NCBI RefSeq assembly: GCF_009914755.1
Contig: NC_060930.1
Source of the DNA: the human T2T-CHM13v2.0 reference genome, Homo sapiens
Length of the DNA stretch: 64,000 nucleotides
Reading direction: 5' to 3' (one strand)
Shown: in pieces, positions 41,501 through 55,693 of the stretch
How positions within the stretch are numbered: the stretch's first letter is position 1
How the letters are laid out: each line of letters opens with the position of its first letter
Made by a program: the position numbers and the translations under genes
Notes under the pieces: model-generated
Told to the model about the DNA's origin: nothing
Seen by the model: the letters and a program-made list of their open reading frames with translations, nothing else
Databases searched by the model: none

Positions 41501-42279
41501 TATAGCAATAGAGTTAAGCTGTTTTGAAACTGTGAACATATGATCTAATATGAACAGGAAATAAAGATAAGAGGTGTTCACAGCCCAGCTGGTAGAATTC
41601 CTAAGAGCTGAATATTCTGACATATTTTCCTCTCATTCTCTTTTTAACTGATTCCAATAAGACTTTGTCTCAAACACACCATAGAAATGGTACCTGTGAA
41701 GAGTATTCATAATTTCCATCATGCCACATACCAATGAAGAATTCTCAATCTTCATCTTCCTTGACCCTCAGTAGCAAGATCAAGAAGAGACAGGGGATCA
41801 CTTCCTTTCTTGAAACTTTTTCTTTACTTGGGTTCCTGACAACCATTTATCTTCGATTTACTCCTACCTTCCAAGCCACTCCTTGGTCTTGCTCTCCTGT
41901 TCTATCTCCTCTTTCTGAATCATAATTTTGGAAGCACCTAGCACTGAATCATTGAGCCTTTTTCCTTATTCCCTAAGTGATCTCATCCAACTTCAAGGCT
42001 TTAAATATCATCTATTTTCTGATAGCTTCAACATCAATCTCTTCTGTTCCTACTCTCCCACCACTTAACATCTCCATTTGGATGTCCAAAAAACAGCTCA
42101 CACTTCAATTATGTAAAACAAATTTTTCATTCTTACCACCAACCCCATTCTTCCTTCAATTGTTTCCACTTAATAAATGTCATGCCAATTACCAAGTTAT
42201 TCTGACTAAAAACTTAGCAGTCACCTTTGATTCCTCTCCTTCTCTCACTTCTTATATCTAAGCCATCATCATATAATAT

Positions 42280-43037
42280 TGAAATGGGAGAGTTCCCTTA
42301 TCCCCCTCACATGGTGTGCAACAGAGGTGTGGCTGCCCGCTGCTCAAACCCCTAGGGGAAGCATGCAGATGGGTGGGTGCAGAGGTCATGGGGACAGCTT
42401 TTAGGTGTCTAGGGCTGAGTGTTTACAACTCCCGAAGCCCAAGTGGGCATGTGTTACAGTGTGCTCTTTCAGCTTGGCTGTCTGCAGATGGCTCGTGTTA
42501 GCTCAATTGGACGCTCTTCCTATTACAAGGGCAGAGGGCTTTCTGTATCCCAAGTTCTTGTCCAGCGTACTGGAAAAATCAGATCACACGTGGGCTTGGA
42601 GGATGAGTGCAAGGTTTTATTGAGTGGTGGAGGTGGCTCCCAGTGAGATGGATGGGGAACAAGAAGGGAGATGAAGTGGGAAAGTGGTCTTGTTCTGGAG
42701 TCTGGCCACCCAGAGGCTGGACTCTCCTCCACCCATTCCTGGTCAAACTCACCTTGGCATCCACATCATTCTGTCATTGATGTTCTGCCAGTGTCTGCTG
42801 GTCTGTTCCTCTCAACATCCATCTGCTTGTGTCTGCGCCTGCTAGGTCACAGGTTTTTATGGGCACAAGATGAGGGGTGTGGCAAGCCAGAGTGGTCTTG
42901 GAAAAATGCACCATTTAGGTGTGAAAACAGGAGTGCCCATTCTCACTTAGGTCTGTGGCCACAGGCCCGAGGGTGGAGCCCTCACCATGGATCCCACCCT
43001 TCTCTACCCAGCACTTCCCTGCCCCCCTCCCATATTA
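42280..43037 (-). mobile_element. ERV1 solo LTR, LTR1 family-like (HUERS-P group)
   Basis: Minus strand begins TAATATGGGAGGGGGGCAGGGAAGTGCTGGGTAGAG and ends GGGAACTCTCCCATTTCA; 4-bp TSD ATAT (42276-42279 / 43038-43041); minus-strand AATAAA near 42616-42621. Confidence 0.8.
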
Positions 43038-43220
43038 ATATGGTCTTGCCAATAACCTGGATCTGTATCCAGAATTCTACTTCTCACCACCTCCACTATT
43101 AATATCCTAGTATGAGTCATGATCTTTCTCTCCCTAGTATTGCCCAAAAAACCTCTTAAGTGATTGCTCTCTTTCATTTTTGTCCCCCTTACAGTCATTT
43201 CTCTACATAGCTGCTTGTGA

Positions 43221-43533
<313 letters not shown>

Positions 43534-43878
43534 TGATCTTTTAGAAACAGAAATTTGATTACATATATTTCCTGCTCAGAGTATTTCAAAGGCTTCCGAT
43601 GTACTTATTTAAAAATCCAAATTTCATGGATTTAAAGATCTACTAAAATTTTATCATTAAACACCTATTGACTTTATCTTCCACGACTGCTCTTCCTTCA
43701 TTCACCCCATGTTTACTGTACCAAACAAACTGTTATTTCTCTAACTTGTCTCTACTTTTAAGTCTTTACACTTGTTGTTTCCACTACCTGGTATGTTCTG
43801 TTCTCAGTTATTAATATAATTTCTTTAATCCCTTATTCAGATCTTAAATGTCAATGAATTTCCCCCTTTCACTCAAAA

Positions 43879-44321
43879 TGATAGATTGAATAATTGGTCA
43901 CAACTCTTCACTCTTCTGCATTAGTTTTATATAAATCCAACCTTTCATGGCCTTATGCACATGTAGGTGGCATGTATTTCTCTGACCCTTGATTTGGGGC
44001 CAAGCCCTGTCTGTGACTTGCTTTAACCAATCGGGTATTAGCAGACCTGACAAAACCAAGGCTCAAAATGTGATTACCCAATTTGTCTTTCCCTCTTATT
44101 CTGATCTTTTGCCATGAAAAGAACATGCATGAGTGGCTACTGACTTAAATGGGCTGAAGAAACAGGTGGAAAGGAATTGAACTCAACCTGTAGCATGGAG
44201 CCAAGTCAAGGGAAGCCCAGCCTAAATCAAACTTTAGCCAGCCTGCAGATAGGTGTGTTGTACTGAAATTTTGAAGTTACTTTATTTTGCAGCAATATTG
44301 TGTCAAGAGCTAATTATTACA
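43879..44321 (+). mobile_element. Old MLT1-type LTR
   Basis: tgatagattgaataattgg...gtgacttgctttaaccaat...gcagcaatattgtg...agctaattattaca. Confidence 0.6.
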
Positions 44322-46257
44322 CTCTTTTTAAAAGAGCCATATATATTCCATCACTTTTTATTCTTTTTCAGCTAAATTTTTGATATCATTCATTCCTACC
44401 CAACATTAAAATATGCTTCTTTAGTTTTTCTCCCTCTCTAAAATATTAATGTCTCTGAGAAAATGTCCTGTATGTCTTATTTAGCACATTATTCCCGGTG
44501 CCTAGAACCTGGTTCGGTACAGAGGAGGCATTCAATAGATAGTTGTGATTGAATGAATAAGAAGGAAGAGGAAGCCAGATACTAAATGTCATGATAAAGT
44601 GGGAAAAAATCTGCTGGAATTAAACAAATGAATGAAATGGAATGTTACATGGCTGAAGTCAGCAATTTCCATTTTGGATTTGATATTTCAGAGGTGAAAC
44701 ACTTCTAGGTCCATAGATCATATGACAGAAAAAACAGTGTGAGCGAAGCCTGTGCTGCCTAAACAGATAAATCTCTCCCCGCTCCCCGCACCCCTGACAT
44801 CCATCAAAATGTCAAACAATCATATTCTGCATTTCTTAGGTCCCTTTAAAAGAGAATTGGATATAATAACTTTGCAATGTGAATAGACAGGGAAAAAATG
44901 TCAAATTATTAAAGTCACCACAGGTAGAAAGCAACATAACAGATGAGTAAGGACATTCTTTTATGAGAGAAAGGGGGCACTTGAAACTAAGTGTAGTACT
45001 AAAATTATTTGAATTCATCTATTAATATTTAACAAGTAATTTGAGTTGAGAAAGACTTCCTCTTCCTATGTAGTAAGTAACTTTTTAAAAAGATAGCACC
45101 TCAGAACATCTGTTTGCATAATGGTCTTCCAGTGTTCTTGAACTAAAATGTCAATTGGCAAGTAACATTTAACATTTTTAAATGTCTGTAAACTTGGGAT
45201 TTGTTAATTATTTCTCCATTTTTCTGTGATGTCACTATTTTCTTCTTAGAATGCTTCATTTCCTGAAGGCTATCTAATTAATGGTCAGGCAATGAATACA
45301 TGCTTAGCATTGGAGTGATGCAAAGTCTATTAATCCCAACAGTAACTCCCTAACATTTTTATGCCAGTGCTACTGAAAGCAGATTGCATACATTGGAAGC
45401 TGATAAGAGTGTTTATTCCAAGATTCAGCACTCAGGAATCTGATTATGCTGGGTTTCAATATATTGCCTTCAATATATTGCAATGGGAGAAAAATGATGT
45501 CTTATTTTGTTGATGAAACACAAGTATTCCAAATATGTTTAGAATTTTGTCTCAAACACATTATGAGAAATAAGTAGTTTATGTAATGTATAATTTAAGG
45601 TAGTTGGTTGCAAGCAATTGAAACTAAACTGGGTAAGTTGGTCAGAAAAGAAATGTACTTTATTTAGGCTTGCTTACTATGGGTAGAAAATCAGCTAAAG
45701 GATCAAGCTCTTTAAAAGGGCAGGAACCAGAGTAGCTCTAATGGTACAGGGCTCAGGAAATTCCAAATTCTGGCTGTGGTTAGAATGAATGAGCTCTCAC
45801 CCTTTTTTCATGTTTCTGTCTCTCTCATCAAGAGTTGAAGTAACAGAACAGAAGTGCCAACTGTCCAAGTTTTGGTCAGGTATCAACCATGCTGGGAGAA
45901 AACAAGGCACAGACTACACGTAATAAAATAGAGAAAAGTCCCCAAAATGCAGTGGGTATGCTGCTACTGAAAGAAGAAATGAATGACCAAAAGCAATGAA
46001 TATCTATCATTCTCATGAAACTCGCAGTCCTGATTAAGGAATAAATATCCATAACAATCATTCTTTAAGGGATGCAGTTTGTCAGGTTTTACTTACTATT
46101 TGGTCATCAGAATCTTGATTTTCTTTTTAAAGTGGGCAAAAGCAGTTCAACTCTCAGATACAACGAGGCATAAAATATTTTCTTGAGGTTTTTATGAAGA
46201 TAAAAAATTTCTTAAGAAAGAGTGAAATAAAACTCTGGCTTTATACAATTTACTTTT

Positions 46258-46635
46258 TGATATGGTTTGGCTGTTTTCCCACCCAAATCTCATTTTGAAT
46301 TGTAAATTCTCATAATCCCCATGTGTTGTGGGAGGGGCCTGGTGGAAGGTAATTGAACTGTGGGGCGGTTACCCCCATGCTGCTGTTCTTGTTATAGTGA
46401 GTGAGTTCTCAGGAGATCCAATGATTTTATAAGCGGCTTTTCCCTTTGGCTCAGCTCTCATAATTCTTGCTGCTGCCATGTGAAGGAGGACTTGTTTGTT
46501 TCTCCTTCCGCCATAACTGTAAGTTTCCTGAGGCCACCCACGCCTTCAGAACTGTGAGTCAATTAAACCTCTTTCCTTATAAATTACCCAGTCTTGAGTA
46601 TGTCTTTATTAGCAATGTGAGAACAGACTAATACA
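46258..46635 (+). mobile_element. THE1-type MaLR solo LTR
   Basis: tgatatggtttggctg...cagactaataca; exact TSD CTTTT (46253-46257 / 46636-46640). Confidence 0.93.
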
Positions 46636-47867
46636 CTTTTATTATAAGCAAAGGAAACTATGGAGTTCTGTGTGTACATTGGGTGCATTACATGCATATA
46701 CATAAATATGATTCTATATATAAATTTTTATAAAATTATTCATCTATAAGTTGATATAAATCCTATAAATCACTATAAATATTCTTTAATGGAGCTCTGA
46801 TATACACTTAAATTCTTCTTCAGAGATAACAGGATAATATTAATAGTTCTTAGACAGACAGATCAGAGTTTTCTCTTCTGATTCAATTTGGGCTTTTTGT
46901 CTCTTTTCTTTACCTTGGTCCGATGCTCTTGCTTAGCGAATCCCTAGCATTGACCCCACCCCAACCCTGCTTCTGCTTTGCAATAGGATATAATTGTACT
47001 CTGAGCCCAGTTACTAAGTTCACAGTCTTTTACTCAGTTTATTTTAAATACTGGGTCTTTATGAGTAGAAGTGCAAGAAAAGCTTTCCTTTTTTTCTGTT
47101 CTCTCATAAATTGCTAGGCACTTGTTTTATTTCCCATCAGGAATGAAACCGTGATGCCACAGCTCTGTCTTTCTCTCCAGCCTGAGCAACCAATGGTCAA
47201 TAATTCATCTTGGGTAGTATGAATAAAGCATTTCAAACTCTTTTTTTAGTACAATATTCACTTCCACCTGAGTTGCAGGTTTAAAAGTAAATGCATTGTT
47301 TGGCAATGGTATAGTACTTCCAATAAATAATTCCATTAATAGTGCTTACCAGTAATGCTGGTTAATTAATTTCAACCAATATGAATTATATCACTGATGA
47401 TAGTACCTGATCGTAGTACTTACCAGTAATATTAGCTAATTAATCCTTTCCCAATTTTGAATGTCATATTAATAGTCTATTATCAAAAACTATTTAATGA
47501 ACTAAAATATAAAGATATGTTGGGCATTTCTCAGATTCTTTCCAACTTTGTCCTTCAACATTCCTTTTGACAGTTAATAAGCCTGTCAAAATCAACTACA
47601 TAGCAATTAAATTCAAGACATTCAGTTTGTAAGTACATGATAACACATTTTATAATATCATTTTTTTCTCAGACACAAGAAGAAAGGTAAGGTATAAGAC
47701 ATATTTAGGCATTAGAAATCTAAATCAATTTAATTTTCTAAGTATAAGTTTATTTTATCATATGGGGTTGGAAAAAATAAAGAAACAGTTTTTCCTTTTA
47801 TACTCACACCATTTTCAATATTCTCACACTGGCCACCAAAACATTGGATGATTTTACCCATACCAAG

Positions 47868-48231
47868 TGTATTAGCCCATTTTCATACTGCTATGAAGAA
47901 ATACCCAAGACTGGGTAATTTATAAATAAAAAGAGGTTTAATGGACTCACACAGTTCCACATGGCTGGGGAGGCCTCACAATCATGGTGAAGGTGAAGGA
48001 GGAGCAAAGGCACATCGTACATGTCAGCAGGCAAGAGCATGTGCAGGGGAACTGCCCTTTATAAAACCATCAGATCTTGTGAGACGTATTCACTGTCATG
48101 AGAACAGCACAGGGAAAAACCCACCCCCATGATTCAATTTCCTCCCACTAGGTCCCTCCCATGACATGTGGGGATTATGGGAGCTACAATACAAGATGAG
48201 ATTTGGATGGGGACACAGCCAAACCGTATCA
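47868..48231 (-). mobile_element. THE1-type MaLR solo LTR
   Basis: tgtattagcccattttcatactgct...gccaaaccgtatca; exact TSD CCAAG (47863-47867 / 48232-48236). Confidence 0.93.
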
Positions 48232-48740
48232 CCAAGCAGTTCCCCAATGCTCAGTGAACAAGAACTGGGTGTGCTACAATTTAACTCAATTCTGACACTA
48301 TCTACCTAGAGATAACCTCAGATCCTACAGATTAAGAGCTCAGTTTTACAAGACTGCCTCCCACTTCAGAAGTCAAGCACAAGTATTAAGTCCTCAGGTT
48401 ACCACAACTTCTGTCCCATGTGGCTACAGGTCTGAGGTTCCCACAATCCGCTTCTCAGGTTCAATGATTTGCAAGAGTGGTTCATAGAACCCAGAAAAAC
48501 AGTTTGGTTACTATTGCTGATTTATTGCAAGGATATTGTAAAGGATACAAATAAACAGCCAGATACAGATACTTACATAGAGGCTACAGTTTAGAAGGGT
48601 ACCAAGTGCAGAAGTTTCTGCCTCATAGAGTTGAGTGCACCACCCTCCTGACAAATGCATGTCTTGTTGTTCACCAACCCGGAACCTATCCTAACTTTTT
48701 CCTTTTTGGTTTTTATGGAAGTTTCATTATATAGGCATGA

Positions 48741-49127
<387 letters not shown>

Positions 49128-49598
49128 AGTTCTAAGCCTTTAATCACATAGTTAGTTCCCCTGGAAACCAGCCCCTATCCTTAGGGGCTTTCCAAAAGTC
49201 ATCTCATTACAACTCAAGTGTGGCTGAAAAGCGTTTGTTAGGATTAGCAAAAGAACCTCCTTTCACCTTTATGGATCTTATCCTTTAGGAAATTTCAAGG
49301 ATTTTGGAAGATCTGTGCCAAGAATGGGAATGAAGACCAAATATATATTTCTTATTCTAAATCACAATATCATAGATATACAATCTCAAAGTTTCATGTA
49401 CATATTGTAACTGGCTGGATCAGCTGTAGTGTGATTTGCCATATGTTTTAACCTACTTTTTAAGGAATCTGATACTGACAAAAAAATCACTTAAATTATA
49501 GCACATGGTTTAACTTATTCTTTTACTTTGCAAATATTAGGGTTTCTATTCAGTAAGCTCTTAGAGCCTACCTGGAAATTGTAGCACATGACAGCATT

Positions 49599-50400
<802 letters not shown>

Positions 50401-50661
50401 ATGGAAACCCATGCCAAATTTTGCATATGTTCAGCATGGTGTGGCTTGTAAGAAAATATTCAACATAATAATGATCTAAAATAGATATAAATTAATGCTA
50501 GGATTAGATGATATAACACAAAGAATTCTGATACACATATTTCCAATTTTTATCAAATCAAAACCTTCCTAAAACAAAACAAAACTATAGTGGAAGTAGT
50601 TAAAACAAAACATCTTTTGTTGATGATTTTTAACATACATTGATGTTTATTGCAGCATTAA

Positions 50662-51301
50662 TATTACAGGAAAGAAGACTGGATCCAGACCCAAGAGAGG
50701 GTTCTTGTATCTCAGGCAAGAAAGAATTCTGGGCAAGTTCACAGAGGAAAATGAAAGCACATTTATTAAGAAAGTAAAGCAATAAAACAAAAACAATGGC
50801 TACTCCACAGACACAGCAGCTCTGAGGCTGCTGGATGGCTACTTTCAAGGTTATTTCTTGATTATATCCTAAATATGAGGTGGATTATTCATGAGTTTTC
50901 CAGGAAAGGGGCGGGGATTTCCTGGAACTGAGAGTTCTTTTTCCTTTTAGACCATATAGGGTAACTGCTGGACGTTGCCATGGCACCTATATACAGTCAT
51001 GGTGCTGGTGGTAGTGTCTTTCAGCATGCTAATGCATTATAATTATCATATACTGAGCAGTGAGGACCACTAGCCGTCACTTTTCTTGCCATCTTGGTTT
51101 TGGCCAGCTTCTTTACTGCATCCTGTTTTATCAACAGGGTCTCCATGTCCTGTGTCTTGTGATACCAGTTCCTCTGGCCTCCTGTTTCATCCTGTGACTA
51201 AGAAAGCCTAACCTCTTGGGAATGCAGCTCAGTAGATCTCAGCCTTATTTTACCTGGCCTCTATTCAAGATGGAATCATTCTGGTTCCAACACCTCTGAC
51301 A
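50662..51301 (-). mobile_element. MER41 (MER41B-like) ERV1 solo LTR
   Basis: Minus strand begins TGTCAGAGGTGTTGGAACCAGAATGATTCCATCTTGAATAG; 640 bp; 4-bp TSD TTAA (50658-50661 / 51302-51305); tandem GAS motifs. Confidence 0.88.
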
Positions 51302-51389
51302 TTAACACTCAAGATTAGATAAATTCCAGTATCAGTGGCATTTGCAGAACATAATCTTTAAAATATCTACTGTTTAGAAATAATACTTA

Positions 51390-51713
<324 letters not shown>

Positions 51714-53149
51714 AGAATATTCACAAATATATTGTGTCAAATCATGATTAAAATTATTTCTACAATGCGAATATTTTTCAAATGAATATACACATTCACA
51801 TAGAAACAAAAGCTGATGGAAAATACATTACTGATTTAAAATATGTATCTCTCTATGAAGAGGATATAAATGACTTTCATTTAATTTCTACTATTTTGTT
51901 AGTTTTCTATAATGATCATACGTTGCTGATATGAAAAGAAAACTACAGAGAACATTATAAAGCAAAGAAATCATGTCAATTTTGATTCCTAAGTGTTTTA
52001 CCTATATATTGAGGTTTATACAGAGTTCAATAAAATGTATTAAAGTTACCTTTTAAATAGTCTTTAAAAGTCATACTTTTTACATCAAATTAGACTTTCC
52101 TTATGACACAAAGCAGTTCATTACACTTGTAAATAGTATCAACGTTAGCACTTATAATTCTTTCCCCTTCCTCCCCAAAACCTCGGTGAGAATACTATTC
52201 AGTATCTGTATAAAGGATATAATTTATTTAAAAAAAATGTATCTCTTACTTTCCCTACTGAGAACTAGTCAACAGACAAACCCCCAGGGTGTCATTAAAC
52301 AGATTATTTAGTTTTTTTATTTAAAAAGTTTAAAACAGAATGTAGAATTTCTCAAGATTGTTGGCAAGAGGAAATTATTTTAAAATTCTTTTCATAGTTC
52401 TTTGAAAGAAACATTTCTTCTCCAAAATATAATTGTTTCAATCTAGGATTATTTCAATTCAAGCAATAAGAATACCACACAGCTCAAAAAAGAGGTATTT
52501 ATCTCAAGGATTCCAACCACTTTCTGAGAATCTAGAGCAGAAATCAGAGGCCAGTGTTGGGAAATGGAAGTGTAGAACCCACAGCCCATTTGCGTCCTGA
52601 AAGCCTTTACTCACAGGCTCTCTCTGAGCATCTACCTCTCGTTTCTTTCTCCTTCAGCTGATTTATGGTATCTGTTTGTCAAAGTACAATGGCCTCAAAT
52701 GGCCTGACACATTTGTAGATTTTAAATTCTCCTGTATACTGAGTCCCAATCCTAAATTCTTGTGCTAAGAAGCTGATTTGCATAGCATGATTAAGCCTAT
52801 CCCAGAGACATATCCCAGTGTGAAAGTAGTTTTTCAACAAAATGGGTAGTGCTTGCAGACATGCAGAATACTTCCGTAAGCATGACCATATGCTATAAAA
52901 TGATGACCAGTGGGTAAAAGCAGGTACGATAAATGTATAATGTGTTCGTGTATGTGTGCATGTATGTGTGTATAATAGTTCATATAATTTACTCTTGGCA
53001 AGAATAAGGCCAACTCATCAATAATACTTATATGTCTTATATACAAACAAAAACACCAAAAATATAAACCCCAAAAATTCATAATTAAAGACAATAAAAC
53101 TGATTTTCTAAATTTTCACTCTAAAATTGTACTTGTAAAAATTTTAGAG

Positions 53150-53390
53150 TTAGGAAACAAGGGGGATTAAAGTACAACTCTGGAGTTAAACTGCCTGAGT
53201 TTGAATCCTGACCATTTATTAGGTACAAGCTTTCCATACATCACCCAATTTCTCTGCCCTTCAATTTCTCCATCTGCTAAATGAGAATAATAATAGGCTC
53301 AGGGTTGTCCTGAGGATTAAAGAAGTTGCTATACGAAATGCTTAGACTTAGCATCTGCCACATAGAAATGTAATGTATTTTAATTATTAA
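53150..53390 (+). mobile_element. MIR SINE
   Basis: actctggagttaaactgcctgagtttgaatcctg...tcaatttctccatctg...gaggattaaa. Confidence 0.75.
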
Positions 53391-53987
53391 AATTTGTTGT
53401 ATGCTTTGTTTTCAGATGACCAAGCCCTCGAGTTTCTTTAGACATGGACTATTAAAATTGTTTGTGGCCATAAATTTGATTATATGAAGTTGTTTAATAA
53501 TATAAACTTTGTAATTAACTGCTATCTGATATAAATATTAATTATAAAGAAAATATATATGCAGCACAAATATCACTAAATTAAATGCCTTACTTTTCAT
53601 AATTTCTGACTATAAAATATATACTAATTTTAGATAATTTGGAAAATAATATATAATTAAGTAGCAGAGCAGATCACTGATAATCTCATCCCTCAGAGGA
53701 AATTACTGTTAAATTTTCTATTTAGTCTTTAAATCTATCCATATTTATAAATTAGTTGCAATCATTTATACAAATAGTTTTGCTTTTTCACTTGCCTCTT
53801 GCTTTTACATTTAATGCTAAATAAAGATTTAATAACATAAAACAATGATTGACATAATCACTTTATAATCATATTTTTATGGCTTGGTAAATAGTCCAAA
53901 TTATGAATCATTTAAAACCAAGACACTTTCTAGGCTGTCATGGCTGGTTTGAAGTCACGGAAGTAATAAAAATATTTCTATTACTCA

Positions 53988-54070
53988 CGAGGCTGAGGCA
54001 GTAGGATAGCTTGAGCCCAGAAGTTCGAGTCTAGTCTGAGCAACATATTGAGATCCTGTCTCTAGAAAAG
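53988..54070 (+). mobile_element. FLAM/AluJ monomer fragment
   Basis: gaggctgaggcagtaggatagcttgagcccagaagttcgag...gcaacatattgagatcctgtctct. Confidence 0.8.
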
Positions 54071-54567
54071 TAATAATAATTGAACTAAACTTATTTAAGA
54101 ATTGTTAACCCAGATTTCCAGGCTAGAAATCTTAGAAATAGATTGCAAACACAATCATCTTTAAAAAAACAATAAAAAGAAAATATTTATACACCTATAA
54201 CAGTTATTTAACACCTAAGCCATAAAGTCTAAAAGAGCACTTTAGCTACAAGACTTAGCTTGTTCGCATTCTCAGAGGTTCTACAAGCACTTACACAGAC
54301 AATATTTCTCTATAGCCTACCCACTTCCTGACCTGCTCAGTCAACATATATATGTCATCATATATATATGCACATATATATATTTCTAAATCACAACACT
54401 AATTACCTCTTTTAAATATTATCCCTTGCAGAAATATGAATTTTATGCATACTCAATCATCCTATGATATTTCTGTGTGAGGGAAAAAATTGATTAGAAG
54501 AGTAGAAATCTTCATATTAATGATTTCACTGATATAATTTATATATATATATATAATCTATATATGT

Positions 54568-55693
54568 TGTATTAGTTTTTCTTTGTTTCTATAACAAATT
54601 AAGTTCTCACTTAACAGCATCCATAGATTCTTGGAAGGTGCTTCTTTAAGGAACACAAGTGTAACAAAATGAATTTCACCATAGGCTAATTGATATAAAT
54701 AAGAGTTGAGTTCTTGCAGCATATTTCTGGTCACAAAAACATCACCAAACTTCTAAATAAAGACCAAAACATTTCTCATATTAAACATTGAAATAAATGT
54801 GAAGTATACATACATGTAAGAAAAATTAGTAGAAAAAAATAAGATAATTATTTACTCAATTATTTCAGTTCAGAACAGCTCAGGGGCCAAGGCAGAAACC
54901 AGCCCTGGTCAGGACACCATTCATGATAGGGTCAGGATACACTCATGAACACACCCACACTCACTCAGGCTGGGACCACATAGACACAAAGATTCACTGA
55001 ATGTGCACATCTTTGTGATATGAGAGGAAACTGGAATACCTGGAGGAAATTTCCTCAGACATGGAGAGAATATGCCAACTCCACACAGACAGTGGCTCTG
55101 GCCAGGAATTGACTTTTTCTTCATCAACATTATATTATATATATTTTTTCCTCATCAACATTATAATATAACAACATTGAATGAAACAATGTTTGCCATG
55201 CAAAGGACCAGTTGTCTACAGGTCTTTTGAAACCTACTACAAACTTGATGGCTTAAAACAACACAAACTTGTTATCTTAAGGTTCTAGAGGACAGAAGTC
55301 CAAAATCAGTTTTATAAGGCTAAAGTCAAGATGTTGGTAGAGTTTGTTCCTTCTGGAGGGTCTGAGGGGAAAATTGTTTCCTTGCCTTTTTTCAGCTTCT
55401 AGTGGCTATCCACGTTCCTTGACTTGTGGCCTTTCCTCCATCTTCAGAGGACATTGTTCTAACTACTGTTTCTGTCATCATATATAGCCTTCATCTCTAA
55501 CTCTCACTCCTCTTGCATCTTTCTTATAATGACCTCTCTTGTTATGTTGGTCAACCTACCTAATACAGAATAATCTTCCCTCTCAAGATCCTTCATTTAA
55601 TCACATCTATAACATCCCTTTTTCCATAAAGGTAATTTTCACAGACATGAGGATTCAAGTGTAGGCATATTTGAGGGCTGTTTTTTTACCTAC
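54568..55693 (-). mobile_element. MLT1B/C-like LTR split by MER6A, with the THE1 provirus inserted at its end
   Basis: tgtattagtttt...ctataacaaatta, then resumes actacaaacttgatggcttaaaacaacacaaa...taatcacatct...taaaggtaa. Confidence 0.75.
54600..55215 (-). mobile_element. MER6A-like TcMar-Tigger element
   Basis: ttctcacttaac...ccataggctaattgatataaa...ctggtcacaaaaacatcacc...actccacacagacagtggc...aaggacc; about 615 bp. Confidence 0.7.

Noticed and set aside
42316-43102. GC-richer segment with ORFs up to 143 aa
   Set aside because: Falls inside a solo ERV1 LTR bounded by a 4-bp TSD; not a CpG island or exon.
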